64,000 bases of DNA from a virus (IMGVR_UViG_3300032138_000007:29245-93244), one strand, 5' to 3'. Counted from the stretch's first letter, positions 44,890-56,112 are shown. A program made the numbers and translations. The notes: generated from the letters alone by a model not told the origin.

Positions 44890-45873
44890 ATGTATCAACA
44901 AGTAATAGACAAACTTTTACGGATTACTGATTCTATTCCTTGGTTCAAGGCATGTGATAAGACTAATATGTTTTATGATAAAGAACTTGATAAGATTATA
45001 ATTGATTTTAGTTATGAATCTCTTGATGGTAATGGAATAAAACATTTTGACAAATTTAGTGAAGAAAATGATATTCCGATAGATAAGATATTATTTTTAA
45101 ATGGTAATTTGAGACACAAATATAGTTATGTGTATTCAGTTTGGTATTTTGCACATAGATTAAAAAAAATATTTAATAATGAATTACCTTGGGTAACTAA
45201 TCAGGGACAAAAGTTTGGATTAGTAGATTTTAATGTAGAAAAAAGAAAAATTTATAATTGTTTTAATAATTCACAACATTCACATAGAACAACTGTATAT
45301 GATTTATTAGAAGAAAATGATTTATTACAATATGGTTATGTATCATATAGAGATAAGGGTATATTTTTACCTGAAGAAGTTGAGAATGTAACTTCATTAA
45401 AATCTCCTGAAAAAATGACTGTAGATTTTGAAGATTGTGATGTTTCTTATGGAGCATTCAATCCATTGGTTACGAGTAGAACATATTTTAATTTAGTAAC
45501 GGAAACTCATTGTGAAACTGATGATTTATTTATTACGGAAAAGACATTGAAGGCTTTAATTTCTCAACCGTTTATTGTTGTTGGTAATTATGGTATATTA
45601 GAATACTTAAAAGGAAATGGGTTCGAAACTTATTCTGAAATATTTGATGAAAGTTATGATTTAATAGAAGATCATAATGAAAGAGTTACGTTTATAATAA
45701 ATGAAGTTAAGAGATTATGTGAAATGGATACAAATGAATTACAAAAAATATACAAATCTGTATTATGGAAAATAGAACATAATAGAAATGTTATAATGAA
45801 TTGGAAAACGGATGAGTTACTTGAAGATTTAAAAATTAGACACATTGGATTTCCAGACCATCAAAGTTTTTAA
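44890..45873 (+). CDS. GT10-like/GT-B glycosyltransferase-like protein, paralog 1
   Basis: FNLVTET..FITEKTLK..QPF..GFETY..FDESYD. Confidence 0.55.
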   Translation: MYQQVIDKLLRITDSIPWFKACDKTNMFYDKELDKIIIDFSYESLDGNGIKHFDKFSEENDIPIDKILFLNGNLRHKYSYVYSVWYFAHRLKKIFNNELPWVTNQGQKFGLVDFNVEKRKIYNCFNNSQHSHRTTVYDLLEENDLLQYGYVSYRDKGIFLPEEVENVTSLKSPEKMTVDFEDCDVSYGAFNPLVTSRTYFNLVTETHCETDDLFITEKTLKALISQPFIVVGNYGILEYLKGNGFETYSEIFDESYDLIEDHNERVTFIINEVKRLCEMDTNELQKIYKSVLWKIEHNRNVIMNWKTDELLEDLKIRHIGFPDHQSF

Positions 45874-45887
45874 TAGGAAACAGATAA

Positions 45888-47396
45888 ATGAGTAAAAAAT
45901 TAGCAATATGTGTTCCACACTATAAAAGGGAAGAACATCTTAAAAAGTTTATTCCACACATGGATGAGTTTTTTAAGGACAAAGATATAGAATATAAGAT
46001 ATTTGTTGCTAATCAAGTTTATCCAGATAGTGTAAGTGGATTTAATAGAGGAACATCCAAGAATGTGGCCTTTGATATAGCACAAAAAGAAGGTTATGAC
46101 TACTTTTGTTTCCACGATATAGATATGGTTCCTGAAGATGATACTTGTGATTATTCTTATCCAGATAAAGTAGAACATTTAGCAGTCCACGTAAGTCAGT
46201 TTGATTATGGTATTAAGTATATGGAATACTTTGGTGGTGCTATTCTATTCACTAAAGAACATTACGAAAAAATAAATGGTTATTCCAATGGTTATTTTAA
46301 TTGGGGAATGGAAGATGATGATTTGTTTTTCAGAGCAAAGAAAAAAGGATTGGCACATGAAACTTTTATGGAACACGAATCAGATGAATCACGAGATTTT
46401 ATTACGTTCAATGGTCTTTCTGATTATATAAAAATAAATCCAACTGACAGTTTAAGAGAAGTTACAAGTGGTAATTTTACAATGGCAGTTCTTGTTCGTG
46501 CCGAAGATAGATTTGATATTCCAACTTATTTAATTGGGGATGTAGAAAACAGACAGTTTATTCATCAATATATTTTAGGACGCCCAAGTTTTCAAATGGG
46601 ATTAGGTTGGGACAATTCAAATGCATATTCATTCGGATTATTCAATCAAAAGAATAATCATTCTTATATGTGGATAAAAAGACATCCTGATGTTTGGACT
46701 CATTTAATGGTTACGGTAGATGTTGATAATAATGAACTTAGGTTTTATCTAAACGGAGAAGAATCTGATTCACGATTTGGACATGGTTCAGAATCTCCAT
46801 TAAAGTTTGAATCACCATTAAAAAGATATGGTGGAAATCCATTTTATATTGGAGTTGGTGATCCAAGGACAGATAATAATACAGATTTCTTTGCTGGTGA
46901 TATTGCACAAGTTTCTATTTTTAATAGGTCGTTTGGGGAAGATGAAATAAAAGATTATTATGTGAGTGATTATCCTAATAGTTTAAATTATAGTCCTAAG
47001 TTATACTATGATTTTTCTAAATCAAAAGATGGAATTGTGTATGATTTAAGTGGTAATGGCAATCATGGTGTTCGGAGTGGTGGATATATGAGCTCAGAAC
47101 CAATTGACAAAATACCTAATACAACTTTACCACATAGGAATAGACCAGGAAGATATAAATCTTTATCACACCCACGTAATGATATAGTTGGAAATAGATT
47201 TGTTCATCAAAAAGATACAAGTGTAAATGAGAAACGATTTGTAGAGGATGTTCAAGGTGGATTGATAAATACAGACGAAGATGGACTTACAGATTTAAAT
47301 TATAGTGTAGTTAAACGAGAAAAATTGTTTGGAACGGAACATGAAATGATAGATTTTCGTTGTGAACAAGATATTCCAAGTCATGTGGAGTTTTAA
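45888..47396 (+). CDS. GT7 with inserted LamG domain, paralog 3
   Basis: VPHYKREEHL, FNRG, FHDID, WGMEDDD, LamG, DGLTDLNY. Confidence 0.88.
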   Translation: MSKKLAICVPHYKREEHLKKFIPHMDEFFKDKDIEYKIFVANQVYPDSVSGFNRGTSKNVAFDIAQKEGYDYFCFHDIDMVPEDDTCDYSYPDKVEHLAVHVSQFDYGIKYMEYFGGAILFTKEHYEKINGYSNGYFNWGMEDDDLFFRAKKKGLAHETFMEHESDESRDFITFNGLSDYIKINPTDSLREVTSGNFTMAVLVRAEDRFDIPTYLIGDVENRQFIHQYILGRPSFQMGLGWDNSNAYSFGLFNQKNNHSYMWIKRHPDVWTHLMVTVDVDNNELRFYLNGEESDSRFGHGSESPLKFESPLKRYGGNPFYIGVGDPRTDNNTDFFAGDIAQVSIFNRSFGEDEIKDYYVSDYPNSLNYSPKLYYDFSKSKDGIVYDLSGNGNHGVRSGGYMSSEPIDKIPNTTLPHRNRPGRYKSLSHPRNDIVGNRFVHQKDTSVNEKRFVEDVQGGLINTDEDGLTDLNYSVVKREKLFGTEHEMIDFRCEQDIPSHVEF

Positions 47397-48748
47397 TGTT
47401 TAGATTTGGATATGATTTTTATGAAGATGGAAGTATTCAAAAACCAAATGGATTGATTGGCCAAAAGATTACAGAAAAAAATAAAGACACTTCAAATATT
47501 TTTCAATTATATTTACCACCTTATTTAACTGAGATGTTTAAAAAGTTTGAAATTGATTTTGAAATTTATTCCGTTGAGAATATTAAAAAGTTAAATTTAA
47601 AAAATAAATGGATATATGTTCTTGATTGTATAGGGGACCCACGTGGTTGGTTGGGGGTATATAAACGTGAAGGTGAGAATTCAATAAAATCATTGTTTAG
47701 TGGAGTTAGTGAAACAACAATTAATCAAGTTAGAGAAAATAAAGCTGTAATTATGCTTTATCAACCAATGGAAGGTTATCCTACCAACTGGTTAGGTTAT
47801 GATATATATGAAATAATTTATGATGAAATAGTAAAGTTTAAATTAGATCCAAAAAATGTTTTATATGTTACTGGAAATTGGTTATTACGAGAGGATTATA
47901 AAAAATGGAAACCAAAATCAAAGTATTCTGATTTAGAAGATATTGGAATTTATTCTTTTAATAATGAAAGATTTTTAGATTTTAAATCAAAATGGAATTT
48001 TGCAAAACCTGACTTAAAGAAAAAAAGAATTCCAGAAGAAATACAAGGAGAACTTTGGGGGTTGAAACATTTTTTATGTTACAATAGATCACCAAGAGGA
48101 CATAGATTAACTTTATTGGCGTTATTACAAGGTAAGTCATTATTATCAAAGGGATATGTATCATGTTCACCAAACAATCCAACTTACTTGGAAGGATACC
48201 TTAACGATATTTCTATGGGAGTAAATTTAAGAAAACAAGTATTAAGATTAATAGAAGAATTTAATGAAGGAGCGCCGTGGTATGTAGATGTTGGTGAATG
48301 GGAAACAAATCATTTTGATACTTCGCCCGTTTGGCCATACGAACAATCATTTTTTTCCGTTACTACTAATACTATGTTTAATGAAAAGTGTATGTTTTTA
48401 GATGAGAAGGTCTGGAAACCTATATATAACCACCATCCCTTTATTTTTGTTGGGTGTAGTAATTTAGGTAATGGTAGTTTAAAGGAGCTTAGGAGACAGG
48501 GATTTAAAACCTTCCATCCATATATAGATGAAAGTTATGATAAACAGGCACACCCCACTAAAAGAATGTTAATGATTGTTGATGAGATTGAAAGATTGTG
48601 TAGTTATACTTTAAAGGAAATGGAAAATTGGTATGAACAATTAATACCAAGATTAGAACATAATCATAAAAACCTTTTTAATAAGACGAGTTTTAATAAC
48701 TTTATTTATAATTTTATTATACCGAGTATAGAAGAAAATGAAATTTAA
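47396..48748 (+). CDS. GT10-like glycosyltransferase-like protein, paralog 2
   Basis: FLCYNR.PR.HR, FLDEKVWKP, HPF, GFKTF..IDESYD. Confidence 0.55.
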   Translation: MFRFGYDFYEDGSIQKPNGLIGQKITEKNKDTSNIFQLYLPPYLTEMFKKFEIDFEIYSVENIKKLNLKNKWIYVLDCIGDPRGWLGVYKREGENSIKSLFSGVSETTINQVRENKAVIMLYQPMEGYPTNWLGYDIYEIIYDEIVKFKLDPKNVLYVTGNWLLREDYKKWKPKSKYSDLEDIGIYSFNNERFLDFKSKWNFAKPDLKKKRIPEEIQGELWGLKHFLCYNRSPRGHRLTLLALLQGKSLLSKGYVSCSPNNPTYLEGYLNDISMGVNLRKQVLRLIEEFNEGAPWYVDVGEWETNHFDTSPVWPYEQSFFSVTTNTMFNEKCMFLDEKVWKPIYNHHPFIFVGCSNLGNGSLKELRRQGFKTFHPYIDESYDKQAHPTKRMLMIVDEIERLCSYTLKEMENWYEQLIPRLEHNHKNLFNKTSFNNFIYNFIIPSIEENEI

Positions 48749-50183
48749 TTTAGTATATGATAGACGAATAGTTTGGGAACATCATCAAGGTGACGGTCTA
48801 AAGGATTGGTCTGAATTTGAAGATAGGATAATACCAAATGGTGTAAATTGTGCTCCAAATGATTTTGTTAAAGAACAACATCAGGATGCCATGGGTAAAG
48901 TTATAATTCAAAAATTGAATACTCGTGAACGTGATAATGAATTTACATTAGGATTTTTAAAGAAAGAATGTGATTGGGAAGTCAATGAAATTTTTTTAGA
49001 TGAAGTAAGTGATAAAGTTCTTGATAATCAGATTAATCTTTATCCTATATTTCCTACTAATCCTTATACTTGTTTTGTTGATCAACCATTTACAGGTTTT
49101 TTATCTACAAGAGTATTAAATTTAATTCGTAGGGAAAAGTTAAAGTTAGTAATTGTAAATTCATCAGAGGCATTCGAATTTGAATTTTTGAATCCTTTAT
49201 GTCAAAATTTAAAAAGACATAATCTTCATGAAGTTGAAGTTATAGTTACTACTTCTGATTTAAAGGCCCCAAAAAGATATGAAAAATACATATCAGAAGT
49301 TGAAAAAAATACTTCTCATACTGGAGAGTTGATTGATGATTATACAAAGGAATGTAATATTAGATTTATTCCGATTAATTATTATGGAATTGGTTCATTT
49401 ATTGATACCGATTGGATGTTAAGTATGAAAGACGAGGGTGTAATACCAATAAATGATGGTTTTTTAAAAGAATTAAAAAAGAAAAAGAAGTTTAAATATC
49501 TTAATTATAATGGTGTCGGTAAACCACATAGATTTATTTCAATAAGTGAGTTATATAGAAGAAAGTTAGATAAATATGGATTAAATTCATATTTATGCTG
49601 GGATTCAACTCCAGAAGATGATTTTCGAGTGGCCAAAGAACTTAAAACTTCTAAAAATATTAGTAACTATTTTCCTACTTTGACTAAAAAACTTCCTATA
49701 TTGTTAGATTATGATGTTGAGATACACAAGAACGGACATAGATATAGTAATTTAGAACATATGTTGGATAGTTATTTTTCAATTGTAACAGAAAGTTGTT
49801 ATTTTGGGTATGAACACGGTTCGATACCAAAAGGATTACAATATTGTCCTGTTTTTTTGACTGAAAAAACTTATAGAACATTATTATATCATCCGTTTGT
49901 TTTAATGGCAGCACCACATTCATTAAAATATCTACGAGAATTTGGTTATAAAACTTTTCCTAAAATGTTTGATGAAAGTTATGATAATATTGAAAATCAA
50001 CTTGATAGATTATTGTTTATTGTTGATGAGGTAGAACGGGTTTGTAATATGGACAATGATAAATTACATGAACTTTATGTTGATTATGCATTACCAATTA
50101 TTAAATATAATCAACAGAATTTTTTAAAGTATAATTCTAAAGTTTTATATAAAAAATTTTTTAAGGAAATAATAGATGTATAA
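48738..50183 (+). CDS. GT10-like glycosyltransferase-like protein, paralog 3
   Basis: YLNYN..KPHR, FSIVTES, FLTEKTY, GYKTF..FDESYD. Confidence 0.55.
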   Translation: MKFNLVYDRRIVWEHHQGDGLKDWSEFEDRIIPNGVNCAPNDFVKEQHQDAMGKVIIQKLNTRERDNEFTLGFLKKECDWEVNEIFLDEVSDKVLDNQINLYPIFPTNPYTCFVDQPFTGFLSTRVLNLIRREKLKLVIVNSSEAFEFEFLNPLCQNLKRHNLHEVEVIVTTSDLKAPKRYEKYISEVEKNTSHTGELIDDYTKECNIRFIPINYYGIGSFIDTDWMLSMKDEGVIPINDGFLKELKKKKKFKYLNYNGVGKPHRFISISELYRRKLDKYGLNSYLCWDSTPEDDFRVAKELKTSKNISNYFPTLTKKLPILLDYDVEIHKNGHRYSNLEHMLDSYFSIVTESCYFGYEHGSIPKGLQYCPVFLTEKTYRTLLYHPFVLMAAPHSLKYLREFGYKTFPKMFDESYDNIENQLDRLLFIVDEVERVCNMDNDKLHELYVDYALPIIKYNQQNFLKYNSKVLYKKFFKEIIDV

Positions 50184-51351
50184 TTTTATATTTGAGGATA
50201 ATAACGATTACATGGGGCTTTTCCATCAAGTTCAGGAAGCCGGTATACAGATAAATAGAAAAACTATTAATCAATTAGATGTTAAGCCTGAATCTCAAAA
50301 TTTTTATCCATTATGGGGTGGATGTGATAATGTACTTGATAAATCAAAAGTTGAGTTAATTAATCAAGGTAAAATGAAATTACTTTTAGTGTCAGAAGGA
50401 GAAGCGTTACAGCAGATGACATTAGAATGGGTGATGGAATTAATTAAAAAATTTAATGTAGATTCTAAACAAATAATTTTTTTATCTTATGATTTGAGAA
50501 GTAATGAAACATATGAATTGTTATTAGAAGAGTCTACAGTATTTAGAAAAAATCCAATAAAGGTAATTGGAATGGATACTTATTTATTTGAACCTAATTC
50601 GAGATTTGGAGATTTACCCTTACCAACGAAAGAAGTAAAACCATATAGATATATGTGTTATAATGCAAATGCAAAAGAATATAGAATGTTTATGGTTACG
50701 GAGTTGTTTAGACGCGGACTTGATAAACAAGGATTGATTTCTCTATTATTTAGATATGGTTCTTTGGATCAAATGGCTAGTCAGTTTACCAGTGATTTGG
50801 GATTTGATGTTACAGAGGGATATGGAAAATTAGTTGATGATTATGCAAAAAAAGAAATGGTTAAGAGAGTTCCACTCATTCTTGATAAAACTATGGAAGA
50901 AGTAGATAAAAATGATAGACCAGTTGATGTAAATCATGTTAAAAATTCTTATTTTAATATAATAACTGAAAGTTATATGTACAATAAAACACTACCACAA
51001 TCACACAAAACTATTTTTGAAATGAGTGAAAAAACTTATAAGGCCATTAATTGTCAACCATTTATTCATTTAGGTAGTTATGGTGTTTTAAAATATATGA
51101 GGTCAATGGGATATCAGACTTTTCCTGAATTGTTCGATGAGAGTTATGATGATATTATAAATCACACGGATAGATTGTTAGCAGTTGTAGATTCAGTAGA
51201 GAAAGCCTGTAAAATAGATGATAAGGAATTTCATGATATTTATTGTAGAGAAATTATTCCAAAAGTTTATCATAATAGAGAACTTGCAAATTCGAAGAAA
51301 TTGAAACAGACTGTTTGGAAAAAGTTTATATTACAATTATTAGATTTATAA
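50176..51351 (+). CDS. GT10-like glycosyltransferase-like protein, paralog 4
   Basis: YMCYN, FNIITES, MSEKTYK, QPF, GYQTF..FDESYD. Confidence 0.55.
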   Translation: MYNFIFEDNNDYMGLFHQVQEAGIQINRKTINQLDVKPESQNFYPLWGGCDNVLDKSKVELINQGKMKLLLVSEGEALQQMTLEWVMELIKKFNVDSKQIIFLSYDLRSNETYELLLEESTVFRKNPIKVIGMDTYLFEPNSRFGDLPLPTKEVKPYRYMCYNANAKEYRMFMVTELFRRGLDKQGLISLLFRYGSLDQMASQFTSDLGFDVTEGYGKLVDDYAKKEMVKRVPLILDKTMEEVDKNDRPVDVNHVKNSYFNIITESYMYNKTLPQSHKTIFEMSEKTYKAINCQPFIHLGSYGVLKYMRSMGYQTFPELFDESYDDIINHTDRLLAVVDSVEKACKIDDKEFHDIYCREIIPKVYHNRELANSKKLKQTVWKKFILQLLDL

Positions 51352-51356
51352 GATAT

Positions 51357-52643
51357 ATGGAAAAAGTAATCATAGTAAACCCCGACGCTAAAATGGATGC
51401 AAAACAATTTGCATACGCTCCTTTGGGACCATTATATCTCGCTGCTATATTAGAGAGAGATGGTTTTGAATGTGAGTTATGGGATTTAAGAGAAGATTAC
51501 AATTCATATGATAATCCACCGCGGGGTGATATTTACTGTATTACTGCAGTTACACCACAAGTGGATGATATGAAAGAAGTAGCCCGTAATATTAAAAATA
51601 AATATGGTGATAAGGCATATACAATTTTAGGTGGTCCACACGCAACTTGGTTACCTGAAGATTGTGTTGATCACTTTGATTGTGTGGTTCAAGATGAAGC
51701 AGAGGGAATTATAACTAAAATATGTACCGAGAAACCAACAGGAGTTCAAAGAGGTGAAAGAATTGTTGATTTAGATTCAATACCACACCCAGCAAGACAT
51801 TTATTACCTGACCATAGAGCAGCAAGTACAGATTTGTGGGGTGGATACAATTACGATAGTGATGTAATTGGTGCAACATTAATGACAAGTAGAGGTTGTC
51901 CATTCGCGTGTGCGTTTTGTGCAAATCTACAACAGAAAACAAGATTTAGAAGTGCAGAAAATGTTATAGAAGAAATAGAATTGATGATTGATAAATATGA
52001 TTGTAAACATTTTAGATTTTTAGATGATAATGTTATTATTGATAAAGAAAGATTTCAAAAGTTAGCACCCAAATTACACGATTTGGATATTAGATTTAGA
52101 TGTTCCATTAGTTCAGTATTGGTGAGTGATGAGTATATGGAATTATTATATTATGCAGGATGTAGAGAGGTTGGTATAGGATTTGAATCAGCTGATGATG
52201 ACATTTTAGAACTTAATAATAAAGCAGGAAACGCCACTACTGATATGCACAGAAAGGCCGTTAAACTTATTCAGAAATGGGGAATACAGGCAAAAGTTTA
52301 TATTATTACGGGGTTACCAGGAGAAACAGACGAATCTATAGAGGCAGTTAAAAAGTTTATAAAGGATGTAAAACCAGACAAATGGATTTGTTTATTATTC
52401 ACACCGTATCCTGGAACACCTATTTATAGAAATCCTGAAATGTTTGGGGTAGAAATTTTACATAAGAGATTTAGAGAATATGTTCAGACTTATCCATCTA
52501 AATGTCATGTGAATCTTAAAAAGGTAGGTAACGGTGAGATTTTAGCAACCAATAAAGATTTAGAAAGACGATATGAACATTTGTATCATTGGTTAAATAA
52601 ATTAAATCCAGAATCAATGGAGTATAGTTCTTTTAATGGATAG
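51357..52643 (+). CDS. Cobalamin-binding (class B) radical SAM enzyme
   Basis: PLGPLYLAA, LGGPHAT, TSRGCPFACAFC, GFES, GLPGET, TPYPGTP. Confidence 0.9.
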   Translation: MEKVIIVNPDAKMDAKQFAYAPLGPLYLAAILERDGFECELWDLREDYNSYDNPPRGDIYCITAVTPQVDDMKEVARNIKNKYGDKAYTILGGPHATWLPEDCVDHFDCVVQDEAEGIITKICTEKPTGVQRGERIVDLDSIPHPARHLLPDHRAASTDLWGGYNYDSDVIGATLMTSRGCPFACAFCANLQQKTRFRSAENVIEEIELMIDKYDCKHFRFLDDNVIIDKERFQKLAPKLHDLDIRFRCSISSVLVSDEYMELLYYAGCREVGIGFESADDDILELNNKAGNATTDMHRKAVKLIQKWGIQAKVYIITGLPGETDESIEAVKKFIKDVKPDKWICLLFTPYPGTPIYRNPEMFGVEILHKRFREYVQTYPSKCHVNLKKVGNGEILATNKDLERRYEHLYHWLNKLNPESMEYSSFNG

Positions 52644-52658
52644 AAAAGGAGATAGGTT

Positions 52659-53930
52659 ATGAACATAGGATTTATAGGATTAGGTAAACTTGGATTACCT
52701 TGTGCATTAGCAGTTGAATCAAGAGGTCATAAAGTAGTTGGGTATGATCCTTCTGAACAAGTTAAGGATATTATTGATACGAAGAAATTACAATATCAAG
52801 AAATATGGGCACAAGAACATTTAGATAAAAGTAAGATAGAAATAAAATCGGTAGAAGAAGTTGTTGGAGAATCTGAAATAATTTTTGTTCCAATTCAAAC
52901 ACCACATGGTGAGAAGTTTGAAGGAACAACAAGAATACCCGATGAAAGGGAAGATTTTGATTATACTCATCTTAAAAAAGGTATTAAAGATTTATCAGAA
53001 GAAATTTATTATCAACAATCTAAAAAGGTTGTTATTATTATATCTACAGTTTTACCTGGTACAATTCGTAAAGAGATAAAACCACTAATAGAGGATAATC
53101 CATATTTTCAATTATGTTATAATCCATTCTTTATAGCAATGGGAACTACTATGAGGGATTTTTTAAGTCCAGAAATTGTTTTATTTGGAGTGGACGATTC
53201 TTGGGCTGCAAAGAAAGCTAAAAAGTTTTATAGAACTTTACACCATTCACCATTTTATGATACTACTATTGAAAATGCAGAATTAATTAAAGTTATATAT
53301 AATACTTTTATTTCTACGAAGATAGCATTTGTAAATACAGTAATGGAAATGTGTCATCATTTACCAAATACAAACGTTGATGATGTTACGAATGCGTTAA
53401 AAATGTGTGATGATAGAATCATATCATATAAATATCTAAGTGGTGGTATGGGAGATGGTGGTGGTTGTCATCCACGAGATAATATAGCATTGAGTTGGCT
53501 AAGTGATAAGTTAGGGTTAAGTTTTAATTGGTTTGATAATATAATGAAACAGAGAGAAGTTCAAACTGATTGGTTAGCAGATTTGATTGAAGAAACGTCA
53601 TTTAAATATAAAGGATGTGCAGATGGTTATCCAATTTTAATACTTGGTAAATCGTTTAAACCAGAAACTAATATTGTAACTGGTAGTCCATCTATTCTGT
53701 TAAAGAATATTTTAGAAGAAAGAGGTCATAAACAAGTTTCAATGTGGGATCCATATGTAGATACACATAAATTACTTACTGGTGAAGAAGCAATGATTTA
53801 TTTTATTGGAACTAAACATCCTGATTTTACTACTTATTCATATAACCAAGGTTCTATTATTATTGATCCGTGGAGATATATTCCAGAACAAGATAATTGT
53901 GAAGTAATTAGAATAGGAGAGAATACTTGA
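52659..53930 (+). CDS. UDP-glucose/GDP-mannose dehydrogenase family
   Basis: GLGKLG, QTP, STVLPGT, AELIK, GGGCHPRD, FKPET. Confidence 0.92.
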   Translation: MNIGFIGLGKLGLPCALAVESRGHKVVGYDPSEQVKDIIDTKKLQYQEIWAQEHLDKSKIEIKSVEEVVGESEIIFVPIQTPHGEKFEGTTRIPDEREDFDYTHLKKGIKDLSEEIYYQQSKKVVIIISTVLPGTIRKEIKPLIEDNPYFQLCYNPFFIAMGTTMRDFLSPEIVLFGVDDSWAAKKAKKFYRTLHHSPFYDTTIENAELIKVIYNTFISTKIAFVNTVMEMCHHLPNTNVDDVTNALKMCDDRIISYKYLSGGMGDGGGCHPRDNIALSWLSDKLGLSFNWFDNIMKQREVQTDWLADLIEETSFKYKGCADGYPILILGKSFKPETNIVTGSPSILLKNILEERGHKQVSMWDPYVDTHKLLTGEEAMIYFIGTKHPDFTTYSYNQGSIIIDPWRYIPEQDNCEVIRIGENT

Positions 53931-54691
53931 TAGGAGTTGGAGAAAATAAACCATACATTGATATATCTGATATAATAGACATTGATACTTATATGACTTT
54001 AGATAATAAAATTAAGGAAGATATTGTGTATTGTTGTCATAATGATAAAAAATTTAAAGATTATTTTCTTGGAGGTAAGAATGTTCAAACTGTTGAACAA
54101 TTATATAAGGCTCGATTATGTGGTGCATTAGAGTGTGCAGGAGGAGTTGAAGGTTGTCCTGATTGGACTACGGGCTTATTAAGTAGATTGGGTTATCTTC
54201 TTGATTTTTGGAGTAATTATTTTGAAATAGATGAAAATTTTTATTCAAAATTTCATTTAAGGTTTGATTTTTCTACAAACCTAAAGAATAAGAATATGGG
54301 TGATACAGATGCTGGAAGTATTGATAATGATGAGTTACATAATAATATAATGAAAGATTTTCATAATAATGAATCTTGTATTAGAATATGGACAACGACA
54401 AGTGAACAAAAAAAGGGAATATATTTATATGATTGGGAAGAAAAAATACTACATAAGACTAAAGGAAATGCAATAATATTTACACCATCAGATTATCACG
54501 GAAGTTTAGAATGGACAACAGGACTTTCTATTATGATAGATCCATTAATTAATGATCCAGCTAAATGTAAAAATGAACAATTAAATGATTATTTACATAA
54601 AGCTAATGAGTGGAGAAATAAAAGAGAAATAGAGTATAACGATATGGGAATAGATATTACCACAGCATGGGGAGAACATTATGGTGAATAA
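53927..54691 (+). CDS. Hypothetical protein, possible DSBH/2OG-Fe(II) oxygenase-like
   Basis: Two spaced His (DFHN, DYHG); N-terminus resembles that of 60367-61197. Confidence 0.4.
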   Translation: MIGVGENKPYIDISDIIDIDTYMTLDNKIKEDIVYCCHNDKKFKDYFLGGKNVQTVEQLYKARLCGALECAGGVEGCPDWTTGLLSRLGYLLDFWSNYFEIDENFYSKFHLRFDFSTNLKNKNMGDTDAGSIDNDELHNNIMKDFHNNESCIRIWTTTSEQKKGIYLYDWEEKILHKTKGNAIIFTPSDYHGSLEWTTGLSIMIDPLINDPAKCKNEQLNDYLHKANEWRNKREIEYNDMGIDITTAWGEHYGE

Positions 54692-55187
54692 TATTGAACC
54701 ATTTTGGGATGATGAATATAAAAATTTAGACTATCGAAAAGAAGTTTTCAATGATGAGTATGCCATAGAAGAATGGAGAAAACAAGGTTATGATAATGAT
54801 GTTGATTTCTTTTCTGGAAAAATGGCAAATCATTATGATCCATTACCAAGTTGGCATAACAAAATATTGGATTGGGTAGAAGAACAATTTCAGTTAAAAG
54901 ATATTGGATGTTGTTATTATCGTATGGGAACAAATGATATAATACCAAATCATTCAGATGCTTATAGTGTTTATACTAAAAAATTTAATTGTAAAACAGA
55001 AGAAGTTCATAAAATTCTTGTATTTTTAGAAGATTGGAAGAGTGGACATTATTTTGAATATGAAGGTAAACCAATTGTAAAATGGAAAGCCGGCGATTAT
55101 GCAGTTTGGATTGGAGATACTAAACATTTTGCCGCCAACATAGGTGTAGAATATAGATATACTTTACAAATAACAGGTCACAAATAA
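54681..55187 (+). CDS. 2OG-Fe(II)/cupin-fold oxygenase
   Basis: IPNHSD...WKAGD...HFAANIG..RYTLQITG. Confidence 0.7.
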   Translation: MVNNIEPFWDDEYKNLDYRKEVFNDEYAIEEWRKQGYDNDVDFFSGKMANHYDPLPSWHNKILDWVEEQFQLKDIGCCYYRMGTNDIIPNHSDAYSVYTKKFNCKTEEVHKILVFLEDWKSGHYFEYEGKPIVKWKAGDYAVWIGDTKHFAANIGVEYRYTLQITGHK

Positions 55188-55188
55188 T

Positions 55189-56112
55189 ATGAATAAATCA
55201 TTAATGGTTTCAGTAAGTGATTCTTGGGGAATAGGTGCTGAATTAAATAATCCCACAGGTAATATTTATGTAGATCATTTACAAAAAAAATTAGGGTTTG
55301 ATGAAATATTAAATTTAGCTGATTCGGGAATATCTAATGATAGTATTTATGAAAGAGTTGTTACGGGAGTAATAGAGTCAAAGGATAGTTTTTCGTTTGA
55401 TAAAGTATTTGTTTTGGTTGGATGGACATCTCCCGAAAGACGATTATTTAAATTTATAGATAAAGGTACAGGGCACGATATATTAACTGATTTCAATTAT
55501 ATTCCAGGAACTCCTGCACAGTCTGTTACAGGAAAGTTAACAATTCAGGAAGACCTGTTTCTATCAGAAGATATTAAAAGAATTCAGGAATATTTTAAGT
55601 CGTATAATAAATATTTTTGGAGTATTAAAGAATCATTGGATAGGTGGTCTTACCAAATGGTTACACTTCATAGATTTTTAATGTCATATAATATAGAACA
55701 CTTATTTTTTAATAATTTTTATCCATATGATAGTATGTATAATTTTTTTAAAGATTTTAACGATGATAAGGTTACTCAGCGGGATATTGATGACTATTTT
55801 GGGTATGATAATCCTATGGAGTCAGCGGACATTAAGTTGTTTTCTGAACCAATAAAATCTGGAGATAAATTAAAGTTTAATGAAAAACAACAAAAATTAA
55901 TTTCGGTTATTCCTGAAAAATATATTTATCCAAATACTATGTTAAATGTATTGAGAAGTAAATATCAAGATAAAGAACCACCTTCAATGTATTTATCATC
56001 TATTAAGGCAAATAATCCTGCTTTATGTGAAGGTAGTCATCCAAATGAATTTGGACATAAAGTAATAGCAGATATTTTATATGAACATATTAAAAAACAT
56101 GGAATGTGTTAA
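55189..56112 (+). CDS. SGNH-family protein
   Basis: SDSWG.G, G.SN, VGWTSPER, HPNEFGH. Confidence 0.75.
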   Translation: MNKSLMVSVSDSWGIGAELNNPTGNIYVDHLQKKLGFDEILNLADSGISNDSIYERVVTGVIESKDSFSFDKVFVLVGWTSPERRLFKFIDKGTGHDILTDFNYIPGTPAQSVTGKLTIQEDLFLSEDIKRIQEYFKSYNKYFWSIKESLDRWSYQMVTLHRFLMSYNIEHLFFNNFYPYDSMYNFFKDFNDDKVTQRDIDDYFGYDNPMESADIKLFSEPIKSGDKLKFNEKQQKLISVIPEKYIYPNTMLNVLRSKYQDKEPPSMYLSSIKANNPALCEGSHPNEFGHKVIADILYEHIKKHGMC

